NCBI GenBank assembly: GCA_965248055.1
Contig: CBDFIJ010000004.1
Location: 960,001 to 1,024,000, forward strand
DNA: 64,000 nt
Direction of reading: 5' to 3'
DNA from: Candidatus Multivoradales bacterium
Lineage (GTDB): Bacteria; Acidobacteriota; Thermoanaerobaculia; Multivoradales; JAHEKO01
How positions within the stretch are numbered: position 1 is the stretch's first letter; every line of letters begins with the position of its first letter. A program made the translations under genes and the position numbers. Under the pieces are notes generated by a model. That model was not told the DNA's origin. It worked only from the letters and a program-made list of their open reading frames with translations, and searched no databases. Shown here in pieces: positions 37,814 through 48,668 of this stretch.

Positions 37814-39799
37814 GTGCGACCGCTACACCTGGGCTGCGCCGCTCTCAACCAAACGCCGCTCGACTGGACTGGCAATCGACGACGAATCGAACAGGCCATC
37901 GAGGAAGCCCGACGCCGTGGGGTACGTGTTCTGTGCCTGCCGGAGTTGTCGATCTCCGGCTATGGCTGCGAGGATGCTTTCCTTTCGCGCCACGTTTCAC
38001 AAACCGCGCTTGAGGTGCTCGGCGAGATATTGCCCCAGACCCAAGGCATGGTGGTGGCGCTGACCATTCCTTTTTTCCACCGCCGTGCTCTCTACAACAC
38101 CGCCTGCCTGGCGGTCGACGGTCGCGCGGTCGGATTGGTGGGCAAACAAAATCTGGCGGGAGATGGCGTCCACTACGAGCCACGCTGGTTCAAGCCCTGG
38201 CAACGCGGCGAGGCGGTCGATGTAGACGCTGGGCCGCTCGGCACCTTGCCACTGGGAGATCTGGTCTTCAACTGCGACGGTATTCGCATCGGTTTTGAAA
38301 TTTGCGAAGACGCTTGGGTCGCCGACCGGACTGGAAGGCACTTAGCTGGGGATGTCGACTTGCTGCTCAATCCCAGTGCCAGCCACTTCGCTTTCGGCAA
38401 ACAAACCATCCGGCGGCGTCAGGCCACCGAGGGATCCCGTGCCTTTGGGGTGGCCTACGTTTTCGCCAATCTGTTGGGCAATGAAGCCGGGCGAGCGCTC
38501 TACGATGGCGGCCTGTTGATTGCCAGCGAAGGCAAGCGGGTCGCCGAAGCAAGTCGCTTCTCCTATCAGGAAGTGGTGCTCGAGGACGCGGTGGTCGACG
38601 TTGACGCCAACCGCATGGACATTGCTGAGCGCAGCCACCGCGAACAGGGCACAGGTGCCCGCTTGGTCTCGGTAGACACCACCCTTGTGGACGCCGACCC
38701 GGGAGCTCTGACCCCCCCACTACCGGCGGTGGGCGATGACGACCGCCACTGGGAGTTCGAGTCGGCGATTGCTTTGGGACTCTTCGACTACTTGCGCAAA
38801 AGCCACTCTCAGGGGTATGTGGTGTCGCTGTCGGGAGGTGCCGATTCCACCGCCGTTTCCCTGCTGGCAGCGGCCTCGATCACCAAAGCCCTGAATGAAC
38901 TGGGCGGCGAGGAAGTCGCGAGTCGCCTCGGCTATTTGCCAAATCAACCCAAGAGCGAAGCACCCAAGGAGTGGGTGCGTCGTCTGCTCACCTGCGTCTA
39001 CCAGGAAACGCGCAATAGTTCGCAGGCCACCGCCGACTCAGCGCGCATCATCGCTGAATCTCTGGGCGCGGTCTTTCATTCCTTCAACGTCGACACCGCA
39101 GTCGACTTCTACATGCAGCTCGGACAAGCAGCAGCCGGGCGAGACCTCACTTGGACCGACGATGACCTGGCACTGCAGAACATCCAAGCCCGTTCGCGAG
39201 GGCCCTCGGTTTGGCTTCTCGCCAACCTCAAATCGGCGCTACTGCTGGCGACCAGCAACCGTTCCGAGGCCGCGGTCGGCTACGCGACCATGGACGGCGA
39301 TACCTGTGGCGGCTTGAGCCCGATTGGCGGCATCGACAAGGACTTCTTGCTCGATTGGCTGCGCGCCAAAGAATCTGAGATGCCGGAACTCGCAGCGGTG
39401 AATCGCCTCCAGCCGACTGCCGAGCTACGACCTCCCGGCTCAGGGCAAACCGACGAGTCAGACTTGATGCCGTATGCCATCCTGGAACAGATTGAGGACG
39501 CTGCGATTCGCGATCGTCTGAGTCCGCTGGAGGCGTTTCGCAGTTTGCGTTCCAAAACGGAGATCGATGACGCCAGCTTGGCCGAGTACCTGACCCGTTT
39601 TTTCCGCTTGTGGTCGAGAAACCAATGGAAGCGAGAGCGTTACGCACCGTCCTTCCACGTCGACGACAAAAACCTCGACCCCAAGACTTGGTGCCGTTTT
39701 CCAATTCTTTCGGGCGGCTACCAGCGCGAGTTGCAGCAGCTCGCGAGCTACTTGGAATCTTCAAATGACTTGGAGTCTTCAAATAACAGTGACATCTGA
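37814..39799 (+). CDS. nadE: Glutamine-dependent NAD+ synthetase
   Basis: Nitrilase domain (LPEL, EICEDAW) plus SLSGGADS, QNIQAR, TSNRSE..GY.TMDGD, PTAEL, NQWKR. Confidence 0.95.
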   Translation: MRPLHLGCAALNQTPLDWTGNRRRIEQAIEEARRRGVRVLCLPELSISGYGCEDAFLSRHVSQTALEVLGEILPQTQGMVVALTIPFFHRRALYNTACLAVDGRAVGLVGKQNLAGDGVHYEPRWFKPWQRGEAVDVDAGPLGTLPLGDLVFNCDGIRIGFEICEDAWVADRTGRHLAGDVDLLLNPSASHFAFGKQTIRRRQATEGSRAFGVAYVFANLLGNEAGRALYDGGLLIASEGKRVAEASRFSYQEVVLEDAVVDVDANRMDIAERSHREQGTGARLVSVDTTLVDADPGALTPPLPAVGDDDRHWEFESAIALGLFDYLRKSHSQGYVVSLSGGADSTAVSLLAAASITKALNELGGEEVASRLGYLPNQPKSEAPKEWVRRLLTCVYQETRNSSQATADSARIIAESLGAVFHSFNVDTAVDFYMQLGQAAAGRDLTWTDDDLALQNIQARSRGPSVWLLANLKSALLLATSNRSEAAVGYATMDGDTCGGLSPIGGIDKDFLLDWLRAKESEMPELAAVNRLQPTAELRPPGSGQTDESDLMPYAILEQIEDAAIRDRLSPLEAFRSLRSKTEIDDASLAEYLTRFFRLWSRNQWKRERYAPSFHVDDKNLDPKTWCRFPILSGGYQRELQQLASYLESSNDLESSNNSDI

Positions 39800-40863
39800 G
39801 GTGGCTCAGGGCGGTCCAGAGAGACCAGCCCAGAAGCGGTAACCCCGAGCAATCGCACGCCACGATCAGCAGCTTCGGAACGTTTGTAGAGCTGCCCGGT
39901 GGTCTCTGCGATCAGGTCGGCCGAAGCGGTCGGTGTCGACAGAGTCAGAGCGCGGGTGATGGTCTCAAAGTCTGGATAGCGCACCTTGATCGACAGGGTG
40001 CGCGCCGTCAGATCTCTTTTTTCCAAGCCCCTAGCGACTTTCTCAGCTAGGTTGGAAAGCTCCTCCAGCATGCCTTCGCGATCGTTCATGTCCTGACCGA
40101 AAGTCCGCTCACAGCTCAGACTTTTCCGCTTACGTTCTGTGGATACCAAACGATCATCTTCCCCGTTGGCGAATCGGTGTAAGACAGTACCGAACTTACC
40201 GAATCGCTGCTCCAAGGCTGTGCGTTCGGTTTTCCTCAGCTGGCCGACGGTATGGAATCCGAGATCAATAATGCGGGCCTCAGTCGCCGGACCCACTCCG
40301 CGCAACGCCCGTACCGGCAGCGGATCCAAGAAGTTCTGCACTTGTTCGGGCTTCACCACAGTCAAGCCATCGGGCTTATCGTGATCGGAAGCGATCTTGG
40401 CAATCAATTTGTTTGGCCCCACGCCCACGCTGACGGTGAGGTCGAGTTGCTGCTGCACTCTGCGTCGAATTTCTTGCGCTACCGCGGTCGCCGAACCCCA
40501 AGGCTCCAGATGATCGCTGACATCCAAATAAGCTTCGTCGATCGACACCACCTGCACCAAAGGGGTGAACTCGCGAAAAATCGAAGTCACCTCCGCAGAG
40601 ACCTTGCGATAACGAACAAAATCACTGCGCAAGAAGATCAACTGCGGGCACAATCGTAGTGCCCGAGCCGAAGGCATAGCAGAACGGACGCCAAAGGCTC
40701 GGGCCTCATAGCTTGCGGATGCAACTACTCCACGCCCCCCGGGGTCACCCCCGATGGCCACCGGTTTGCCGCGTAACGAAGGGTCATCGCGCTGATGAAC
40801 CGAAGCGTAGAAAGAATCCATATCGCAGTGCAGGATGCGACGTACTTGATCGCCTTTTTCCAT
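39748..40863 (-). CDS. dinB: DNA polymerase IV
   Basis: HCDMDSFYASV, SYEARAFGVRSAMP, SIDEAYLD, KIASD..KPDG, VRLLGV. Confidence 0.96.
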   Translation of the reverse strand: MEKGDQVRRILHCDMDSFYASVHQRDDPSLRGKPVAIGGDPGGRGVVASASYEARAFGVRSAMPSARALRLCPQLIFLRSDFVRYRKVSAEVTSIFREFTPLVQVVSIDEAYLDVSDHLEPWGSATAVAQEIRRRVQQQLDLTVSVGVGPNKLIAKIASDHDKPDGLTVVKPEQVQNFLDPLPVRALRGVGPATEARIIDLGFHTVGQLRKTERTALEQRFGKFGTVLHRFANGEDDRLVSTERKRKSLSCERTFGQDMNDREGMLEELSNLAEKVARGLEKRDLTARTLSIKVRYPDFETITRALTLSTPTASADLIAETTGQLYKRSEAADRGVRLLGVTASGLVSLDRPEPPQMSLLFEDSKSFEDSK

Positions 40864-41064
40864 CGCCTAACTCTACGGTAGATGTGTCATAGGTCACACT
40901 ACCCGGCGGCCCGTTCAGCCGACAATCTCACAAAGAAAATCGCGGCCTGGATGGTGAGTTCAGTTGGCATCACAATTCCTTCCAGCATATTTGTCGAACT
41001 CAATCCGATCTATTACTCTGTCCCGATGTTCTTGAACGCAAAGGATCCCCGATAGGATAGATCC

Positions 41065-42333
41065 ATGTCGAGTGAGATTCCGACGGACACCGCCGTGGAG
41101 CCGACACCGTGGTACAGAAGGCCACGTTTTCTGGGTATCCTCGCCATCGTTGCGGTCGCAATCATCGTCGGCTCGTATCTCCGCCAGCACCCTGGCACCG
41201 GGCGGATTCTGGCACAGGACATAGAAGTCGCCGCTGTTCACCGAGGTGAGTTCGTGAATGAACTCTCGACTTTATGTGATTTTCAACCGAACTCATCTTT
41301 CAAGCTCGATACGGCCGACGGAGGCCGCGTCGTAATACAGTATGTTGAAGCCAGCGCGGTGGTTGACAAAAACCAGTCGATCTTGCTGCTAGACAATCCT
41401 GAACTTGAATCCGAGCTAATGAGGCGCACCGCCGAACACCTGGAGCATTTGAGCGCCCTTGCCACGCTTCAGCTAGAGTTCGAGAGACTCGATCTGGAGA
41501 TTAACGAGCGGCTCATCAGCCTTGAAGCTGCAGTCAGACAAAGAAGTGAGACACACAATAGGCTGACCAAACTCGTGGTAGCCGGACTCGTCGCGCAGTC
41601 CGACTTTGAAGAGTCTGAAAACGAAATCGCGCGACTGACACATTTGATAGAAACGGTCCAAATTTCGAAAAGGCGTACTCACCAAGTACGGGATCGCCAG
41701 CTCGAAAGTACTGAGCAGTCGGCCGAAGCGCTCAAAGGCCAACTTGAGAGAATTCAGCGGCGAATAGACGCGCTGCAGATTCGAGCGCCTGCACCGGGGC
41801 TCCTGGCATTGATCGATGTGCTGCCCGGGCAACAATTGCAGCCCGGGGCTGAAATTGGAGAGGTGTACACTGAGGGAGATTTTTCCATCCGCTGCGCTAT
41901 CGATGAGAGGTACCTTCAGGATATTGAAGTCGCCACAACCAAAGCTGAGCTGGGTACGCCAGAACACTCATACCAGCTTGGAGTCACTAGCGTTTTTCCG
42001 ACCGTGACCAACGGGCGTTTCGTGGCCGAGTTGGGGTTTCTTGGTGATCGGCCCGAAAAGATGAGCAAAGGACAATCCGCTCGCCTCCGCATCGCGCTGC
42101 GTTCAGCGGGTGAGCGCCTGCTACTGCCAGTTGGAGACTACCTCCGAGAATCTGGAGGAACCTGGGTTTTCGTCCAGCAAGGCGACCAGGGTACCGCAGT
42201 CAAGAGAGACGTACGCATGGGCAAGCGCAACAGTTCTTCGGTTGAGGTTCTTGGTGGGTTAGATGAGAAAGAGTTAGTCATCATCTCCAGTTACGCCAAT
42301 CTGACGCAGTTTGAAACTCTAGAGATCGACTGA
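41065..42333 (+). CDS. Efflux periplasmic adaptor (membrane fusion protein, MacA/HlyD-like)
   Basis: N-terminal TM, GGRV, coiled coil, IRAPAPG, VEVLGGL..VIISSY. Confidence 0.88.
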   Translation: MSSEIPTDTAVEPTPWYRRPRFLGILAIVAVAIIVGSYLRQHPGTGRILAQDIEVAAVHRGEFVNELSTLCDFQPNSSFKLDTADGGRVVIQYVEASAVVDKNQSILLLDNPELESELMRRTAEHLEHLSALATLQLEFERLDLEINERLISLEAAVRQRSETHNRLTKLVVAGLVAQSDFEESENEIARLTHLIETVQISKRRTHQVRDRQLESTEQSAEALKGQLERIQRRIDALQIRAPAPGLLALIDVLPGQQLQPGAEIGEVYTEGDFSIRCAIDERYLQDIEVATTKAELGTPEHSYQLGVTSVFPTVTNGRFVAELGFLGDRPEKMSKGQSARLRIALRSAGERLLLPVGDYLRESGGTWVFVQQGDQGTAVKRDVRMGKRNSSSVEVLGGLDEKELVIISSYANLTQFETLEID

Positions 42334-42349
42334 CGCAAGGGAGCGGCTA

Positions 42350-43030
42350 ATGATACAAACCGACCAGCTTACTCGGATCTATCACACAAAATATGTAGAG
42401 ACCGCTGCCCTACAGCAAGTCAGTCTCGACATTAGTGAAGGAGAGTTCGTCTCACTAATGGGCCCATCTGGCTCAGGGAAATCAACTCTACTGCGCATTC
42501 TCGGGCTTCTCGATCAGGCTACCTCGGGAAGCTATCTGTTAGATGGCTCAGAGACGGTTGACCTTTCGCCAGCGTCAAGACACAAGATAAGGCTCGGCAC
42601 AATTTCTTTCGTGTTTCAGGATTTCTGCCTGATTGATGATCTCACCATCGCGCAGAACGTTAGTCTTCCCTTGCGCTATCAAGGAGTGGCGCGGGAAGCG
42701 ATTCGCGACAAGGTCGAAGCCACAATAAGCTCAGTCGGGATCTCGCACAGACAGCGACACTTTCCCTCTCAATTGTCTGGCGGCGAACAACAGCGAGCCG
42801 CGATTGCCCGCGCCTTGGTGACCGAACCCAAGCTACTTCTGGCCGATGAGCCTACCGGCAATCTAGATCAACAGACCGGCCTAACCGTACTCGAACTGCT
42901 TAGCGACCTAAACACCAGCGGTTGCACAGTCGCCATGGCAACCCATTCCCAAGAATGTGCCGCTTTTAGCTCGCGCGTAGTTACACTAAAAGACGGCCGT
43001 GTCGCGGCGGATACAGGTCAGAGTGAATAG
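42350..43030 (+). CDS. ABC exporter ATP-binding subunit (MacB/LolD-like)
   Basis: [27 protein letters not shown]. Confidence 0.95.
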   Translation: MIQTDQLTRIYHTKYVETAALQQVSLDISEGEFVSLMGPSGSGKSTLLRILGLLDQATSGSYLLDGSETVDLSPASRHKIRLGTISFVFQDFCLIDDLTIAQNVSLPLRYQGVAREAIRDKVEATISSVGISHRQRHFPSQLSGGEQQRAAIARALVTEPKLLLADEPTGNLDQQTGLTVLELLSDLNTSGCTVAMATHSQECAAFSSRVVTLKDGRVAADTGQSE

Positions 43031-45386
43031 GTTCGAACTCAACACCGCTCTGAAGAGCTTGGTCAGAAACTGGCCTTCTACCGTCTTGAGCATGGTCGTT
43101 CTCGGAGTATGTAGCGCAGCTTTCTTCCTCGTGGCGTTCTTCGCGATTCGTGAGTATTCATACGAACGATGGTTACCCGGCTACAGACAAATCTACCGAA
43201 TCTGGCTTGAGCTAGAGGAACCCGGCGAACCGCTTCGAGTAGCTGTCACCCCAGTACCTCTCGGCCCAACCGTTGCGGAGCAAGCCCCGCAAGTAGAAAG
43301 CTACACTAGGCTTTTGAAATATCCTCGACGACCAGTACTCGTTGAAGCTGGCGGGCTCAGATTTTTTGAAGAAGAAAACTTCTTCACCACTGATCAGAGC
43401 TTCTTTGATGTCTTTCGAATCTCGCTTGTCCGCGGTGACACACCTACCGCGCTAACCGGTAGCGACTCCCTGGTGATTACTGATCGTGCAGCCTTCAAGT
43501 ACTTTGGAACACTCGACTGCGTCGGGCGAACGATGCTGCTTAACAAAGAAGACCTCAAGACTGTTACGGGAGTGATGTCCTCGCGACAAGGACCCACCCA
43601 TCTTGTTTACGACTTTCTGGCGAAGCATCCTCCGGACCCTGCGCCCAACTGGTACCAGTTCAAAGCACGCACCTATGTTCGGTTTGCTCAGGAAGACAAT
43701 CGCGGCAGGGTGACGGACATTTTGCGCAGGATTGAACTCGACAAATACGGAGTCGACGCGTCCGACTACCACTACCATCTCCAGCCAATCGATGAGATCC
43801 ATCTCAATTCCAATTTCTTGGGAGAATTCCCCGGAGCTGGATCTGCTGCGACAGTACGTACTGCGATCTGGGCAGCGTTGATATTCCTCGCCCTCGGAGC
43901 CACCAATTTCGCTGTCTTCGAGGCCGTACGCCAGAGTACTCGAGCCAAGGAAACGGTGATTCGAGTTGTTAACGGAGCCTCCAGTCGTCAAGTATTGGCT
44001 CAAGCTATCGTCGAAGGGCTAATCGTTGCATCGATTAGCGTACTAATCGGCCTGTTCGTTTATTGGGTGGGTGGATTTCGTCTGATCGGCCTGCCAGAAG
44101 CCAAGTTCCAGCTGCTTGCCAGCCAGGAAAGCTGGTGGATTCTCGGAGCTATTGGCTTGGTTATAGCAGTGGTCGTGTTGGCGGCCTCCATCTATCCAGC
44201 CTACGTGGCCCTTAAGGTCGATCTTTCCGGGGTGACCAAGGGGACCTGGAGAAAACGCTCGGGACGTCTATCGATTCGACGATTTCTAGTAGGCGTGCAA
44301 TTACTGATCGCTTTTGTCCTCGTCTTTGCCAGCTTCAGATTAACCTCGCAGGCCCATCAGCTCTCTCAGCTCTCTGTCGGTTTCTCAACTGCAGGCCTGA
44401 TGGAGGTAGAGCTTCCGCGCAGCACGCAGATCAGCACCCAAAACCTGCGCGACCTAGTGGGTCGAGACCCGCTCGTAACTAAAGCGTCTTTGGTCTCCCA
44501 AGCCCCGGGTAGTGCTCTCAGAAAAGCGTCATTCATACCGGAAGGCAACGGTGCCGAGCACGTTATGGCCAGCGTCCTTTGGGGTGACGAGTATCTGCCA
44601 ATGGTCATGGAACTCAAGCAAGTGGCCGGCCAGAGTTTTGGTGTTGACTCCCAAGCAAATAGAGAGTCGGCATTCATCATCAATGAAAAAGCAGCATCTA
44701 TTTTTGGCTGGGAGAATGCTGTTGGAAAGCGACTCACACTAGATTCTGATGAAGACACCCTGGAGGGATCGGTGGTTGGCACGGTGGCAGATTTTCATTT
44801 CGGCTCAGTTGTCGAAGTTATCGACCCGATCGTGATCATGTACGCACCTGACAAGGCACAGAAAATTTTGCTACGAACCAAGCCAAATACCAGTGATCCA
44901 AAAGCAGTACTCGAAGCGATATGGAGACAAGCGATCCCCGGCGAACCTCTGAGAGCAATCGACACGTCCGCCAAACTCGACAATCTCAATCAGTCCAATC
45001 ACCAACTGGCGCGTGCAGGGAAACTTGTCGCCAGTAGCGCTAGCCTAGTTGCCGCACTCGGCCTCGTGGCGCTGATCGCGGTGTTGCTTACCGCCAAGAC
45101 TCGTGAAATCTCTATACGCAGGCTATGCGGAGCCTCGCAGGAGCGCCTGATCGCAACCCTAGCTGGCAAACTGGGCCTCTTGGTCGCGATTGTCGGAGTT
45201 ATTGCGATACCAATTGGCTCTCAACTAGTCTCACAAGTGAACGAAATCGTCGAATCCGAAGTGAAGGTCCTGATCGTTGGGTACTTTCTGGTAATTGGAC
45301 TGTTCGAGGCACTGCTCGTTGCAACAACAGCCTTATTTCTATGGAGGCGGAGGGATCGTTCGATTGTTGACGGTTTCATGGATTAA
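43023..45386 (+). CDS. ABC exporter permease with duplicated MacB-PCD/FtsX domains
   Basis: About 790 aa; LQPIDEIHL, RAKE..IR...GA, FIINE, VVGTVADFHF, TREISIRRLCGA. Confidence 0.88.
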   Translation: MNRFELNTALKSLVRNWPSTVLSMVVLGVCSAAFFLVAFFAIREYSYERWLPGYRQIYRIWLELEEPGEPLRVAVTPVPLGPTVAEQAPQVESYTRLLKYPRRPVLVEAGGLRFFEEENFFTTDQSFFDVFRISLVRGDTPTALTGSDSLVITDRAAFKYFGTLDCVGRTMLLNKEDLKTVTGVMSSRQGPTHLVYDFLAKHPPDPAPNWYQFKARTYVRFAQEDNRGRVTDILRRIELDKYGVDASDYHYHLQPIDEIHLNSNFLGEFPGAGSAATVRTAIWAALIFLALGATNFAVFEAVRQSTRAKETVIRVVNGASSRQVLAQAIVEGLIVASISVLIGLFVYWVGGFRLIGLPEAKFQLLASQESWWILGAIGLVIAVVVLAASIYPAYVALKVDLSGVTKGTWRKRSGRLSIRRFLVGVQLLIAFVLVFASFRLTSQAHQLSQLSVGFSTAGLMEVELPRSTQISTQNLRDLVGRDPLVTKASLVSQAPGSALRKASFIPEGNGAEHVMASVLWGDEYLPMVMELKQVAGQSFGVDSQANRESAFIINEKAASIFGWENAVGKRLTLDSDEDTLEGSVVGTVADFHFGSVVEVIDPIVIMYAPDKAQKILLRTKPNTSDPKAVLEAIWRQAIPGEPLRAIDTSAKLDNLNQSNHQLARAGKLVASSASLVAALGLVALIAVLLTAKTREISIRRLCGASQERLIATLAGKLGLLVAIVGVIAIPIGSQLVSQVNEIVESEVKVLIVGYFLVIGLFEALLVATTALFLWRRRDRSIVDGFMD

Positions 45387-45482
45387 GCACTACTACCAAG
45401 GTGTTACACCTTGATTTGGCGTTACAAATTGAAGGCTAACCCCATCCACCGGGCAATTATCGGAAGCGAAGCATACGAGAAT

Positions 45483-45511
45483 TTGACTTGCGCTGGGAAA
45501 AAGCCTACATT
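45483..45511 (+). promoter_or_regulatory. Putative sigma70 promoter for the 26-aa ORF
   Basis: TTGACT-N17-TACATT. Confidence 0.55.
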
Positions 45512-45582
45512 TGAAGCGTTAGTTAACAGAGGGCGTTGGATTGAGTCGCCGAGTCGTCCTCGCAACGAAAGGAGAACGACCA

Positions 45583-45663
45583 ATGCTCACACTTATCACG
45601 ATGGTTCTTACCGCCGATCACGAGACTGCCGGATCCGACGCCAAGGGTGGTGTCGAACTCTAG
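45583..45663 (+). CDS. Putative 26-aa peptide MLTLITMVLTADHETAGSDAKGGVEL
   Basis: AAAGGAG RBS 8 nt before ATG; upstream promoter; downstream hairpin AGTTCCT-N6-AGGAACT. Confidence 0.45.
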   Translation: MLTLITMVLTADHETAGSDAKGGVEL

Positions 45664-46152
45664 GCGAGTACGGTTCGATTTTCTCTAGTTCCTGCGTCTA
45701 GGAACTCATCGGCTTGGCGCCACCGGAGACCTCTTTTGAGTTGTATCTCTGGAACCCCACCGTTTGGCGCTGATTTACCGCGAGAAATTTCTCCGCCAGC
45801 GATGGCCTCTACCTCCACGCCGATCTCGCCGACTTTGAGAAGCGACTCCAGCCCGCTTCCTTTGATCGGCTGTGGCTTCTGATTACAGTCCTGAGCAGGT
45901 CACATTCTGCGCCAGTCGTTCACAGACTACCAGTAGGATTTCAGGGGGATCCATTGGACAACTGCGCGAAGGATTACCGCGCGTACGTCTTGGCCGCGCC
46001 CATATTCTGGATTGGCCCTAAGCCATCCGACATCCTCAATGATCGAGTGAGCAGTACTGCAACCCCGCCCACAGATGACCGAGGATCAATACAGCTGAAC
46101 CGAGAACTAAGATTGTTGTCATGGCTATAGTTTACGCCTTTTTTGCGCCCTC

Positions 46153-47256
46153 GTGCAACACCCTCCCTGTGGACTAGATATATTGTGTTTCACAGCCGCT
46201 TTTCGAAGAACTAGTTTTGCAATAGTTGGTTCTTTGACGATTGCATTCTGGGCTGAGCTCCTGGATGCTGCGGAGAACGCGCCGATCGATCAGACTAGTG
46301 CGCCGTCGTCGACCTCAAACGATAGTGAGTTCATTGAGGCCATCACGGTGCGTGAAACCTCAATCATTCTGCGCAAGTCGGTATCGCGAGAGGATCTGAT
46401 AGTTAGCGTTGGAGGACGTGTTCTCACCCAAACCTCCACTTTGACGCTAAATTCGGGTGATCTTCCGGTCTCGATTTACGTCAACCACTGCAATACTGAT
46501 TTAACTGGCGTTACCCGAGGTCTAGGGATGCTACAGGCGCTGGCGCCGCAGCTCTCCGCGTTCGGCCCGACGACCGTGTGGTCGGCAGGAGCATCTCTCG
46601 TTCAACTGGCTGCACCTGCTACGACTCCAGAACGAATCGTGTGGTTGATAAATGACCTCGTGGGTTTCACTCCGAAGCTCTGTTCGGCATCAGCAGGCGA
46701 TTCAGCGATCCTGGCCAATGCAATCGATAAGTTGCCTTTGCAGGACCCGCACCGTCTTGTCTTCCTCTTGGGCTTCTTTGAGAACGAACTCTACAATCCT
46801 AGTTTGAAAGAGCTGAGCCAAACGATTTCCGCGCGAGGCTTGATCCCAGTGATAATCGCTCCGAGCGCCACTAGCCAGCCTTTAGAGAGTACGGACGTGC
46901 GACCCAGCATTATGGATCCGGACCCTAAACCGCCCGTGTTCAACTTAAACAATTTTCTGGTTTGGCTGTTTAGTCGTGAGAAAGACACCAGGCTCAAGAA
47001 CGATCCGCGCATCTATGACCATGCCCTCGATCCCCGTTACCAAACAATGCGTGCCTTCATCGGCCCAACCGATGGCCGGATAGTTAACCATCACGAGCAA
47101 TTGGAGAACTTCGTTGCCTCGCTTCAGCAGGCCACTGTGGTCCATTTCAGCCTTCCAGAAGGCCTACCCCTGGACACTCCACTGCCCTTGCGCGTTATCG
47201 ACGCACGCCGGGGTCGGGATGTTTCGCGAAGAAAGTGGTTAGCCGTCTTACGATGA
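46153..47256 (+). CDS. Hypothetical exported protein, possibly divergent VWA-related
   Basis: 367-aa ORF; FIEAITVRE segment after a hydrophobic leader; TDGRIV near C-terminus. Confidence 0.55.
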   Translation: MQHPPCGLDILCFTAAFRRTSFAIVGSLTIAFWAELLDAAENAPIDQTSAPSSTSNDSEFIEAITVRETSIILRKSVSREDLIVSVGGRVLTQTSTLTLNSGDLPVSIYVNHCNTDLTGVTRGLGMLQALAPQLSAFGPTTVWSAGASLVQLAAPATTPERIVWLINDLVGFTPKLCSASAGDSAILANAIDKLPLQDPHRLVFLLGFFENELYNPSLKELSQTISARGLIPVIIAPSATSQPLESTDVRPSIMDPDPKPPVFNLNNFLVWLFSREKDTRLKNDPRIYDHALDPRYQTMRAFIGPTDGRIVNHHEQLENFVASLQQATVVHFSLPEGLPLDTPLPLRVIDARRGRDVSRRKWLAVLR

Positions 47257-47276
47257 CATTGGTATAGCACCTCGCG

Positions 47277-48668
47277 CTACCCTTCTCCGGTCTGACTCCA
47301 GGGATCCAGAGCCTCGCTGAGATCCTCCGGCGACATCACCTGCTGTTCCAAACACAGCGCGCGGATGGTCTTGCCGCTAGCGTAGGCCTCCTTGGCGATT
47401 GCCGCGGCGCGGTCGTAGCCGATCTTGGGTACCAGCGCGGTGACCATCGCCAGCGACTTTTCGACCATCTCGGTGGCGCGCTCTCGATCCGCTTTGAGAT
47501 TGTCAACACAACGCTCGGCGAGCAACCGCGACGCACTGGCCAGAATTTCGACCGACTGCAGCAAGTTGTAGCCGATTACCGGCATCATCACGTTGAGTTC
47601 AAAGTTACCCGATAGACCGCCCAAAGCAATGGTGGCGTCATTGCCGATCACCTGCGCTGCGACCATCAACACCGACTCCGGGATCACCGGATTCACTTTG
47701 CCGGGCATGATTGAGGACCCCGGCTGCAAGCTGGGGAGGACCAACTCACCCAGTCCGCAACGCGGACCCGATCCCAACCAGCGTAGGTCGTTGGCGATCT
47801 TGGTCAGCGAAACAGCGATGCCGCGCAACGTTCCGGAGGCATCCACCGCCGCGTCCTTGGCGGCCAGTGCTTCGAATTTGTTCGGAGCCGGGACAAACGG
47901 ATGCCCGGTGCGCCCCGCGATCCGTTCAATCGCCGCGTCGGCAAATCCAGCTGGGGCATTAAGACCGGTGCCAACCGCGGTTCCACCCAACGCCAATTCC
48001 GCCAACAGCCGCAGCGACTCCTCCAGACGGGTGATGCCGTTGCGAATCTGGCGCTCATAACCGGAGAACTCCTGCCCCAGACGAACCGGAACTGCATCTT
48101 GCAAGTGGGTGCGGCCGATCTTGACGATGCTGTCGAACTCGGTCGCCTTGGCAGCCAGAGAAGTCGCCAAGATCGACAACGACGGCAACAAGTCTTCAGC
48201 GATCGCTCCATAGGCAGAAACGTGAATCGCCGTGGGAATCGTGTCATTCGACGATTGGCCCCGATTAACATGATCGTTCGGGTGGACCGGGGTTTTGCTA
48301 CCCACCACGCCACCGAGAATTTCGATCGCCCGATTGGCGATCACCTCATTGGTGTTCATGTTGGTCGAGGTCCCGGAGCCGGTCTGAAAAATATCCAGTG
48401 GAAAATGCTCGTCGAGCTTGCCTGCGATGACCTCCTCGGCAGCTTCAATAATTGCTTTGGCTAGGTCTGGCTCGAGATCACCGCGCTGCAGGTGAACTTC
48501 CGCTGCCGACACCTTAATGGTGCCCATAGCCGCGACAAAGCGGCGTGGAAAGCGCAGCCCGCTGACCGGGAAATTGAGCCTCGCTCGCTCCGTTTGGGCC
48601 CCGTAGTACTTATCAGAAGCGACTTCCATTTCACCCAGACTGTCTCTTTCGATTCTCGTATTACTCAT
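47277..48668 (-). CDS. fumC: Fumarate hydratase class II
   Basis: [40 protein letters not shown]. Confidence 0.96.
   Translation of the reverse strand: MSNTRIERDSLGEMEVASDKYYGAQTERARLNFPVSGLRFPRRFVAAMGTIKVSAAEVHLQRGDLEPDLAKAIIEAAEEVIAGKLDEHFPLDIFQTGSGTSTNMNTNEVIANRAIEILGGVVGSKTPVHPNDHVNRGQSSNDTIPTAIHVSAYGAIAEDLLPSLSILATSLAAKATEFDSIVKIGRTHLQDAVPVRLGQEFSGYERQIRNGITRLEESLRLLAELALGGTAVGTGLNAPAGFADAAIERIAGRTGHPFVPAPNKFEALAAKDAAVDASGTLRGIAVSLTKIANDLRWLGSGPRCGLGELVLPSLQPGSSIMPGKVNPVIPESVLMVAAQVIGNDATIALGGLSGNFELNVMMPVIGYNLLQSVEILASASRLLAERCVDNLKADRERATEMVEKSLAMVTALVPKIGYDRAAAIAKEAYASGKTIRALCLEQQVMSPEDLSEALDPWSQTGEG

Noticed and set aside
45411-45701. 96-aa ORF from the track
   Set aside because: Spans the promoter and RBS of the better-supported 26-aa ORF in another frame; no motifs.
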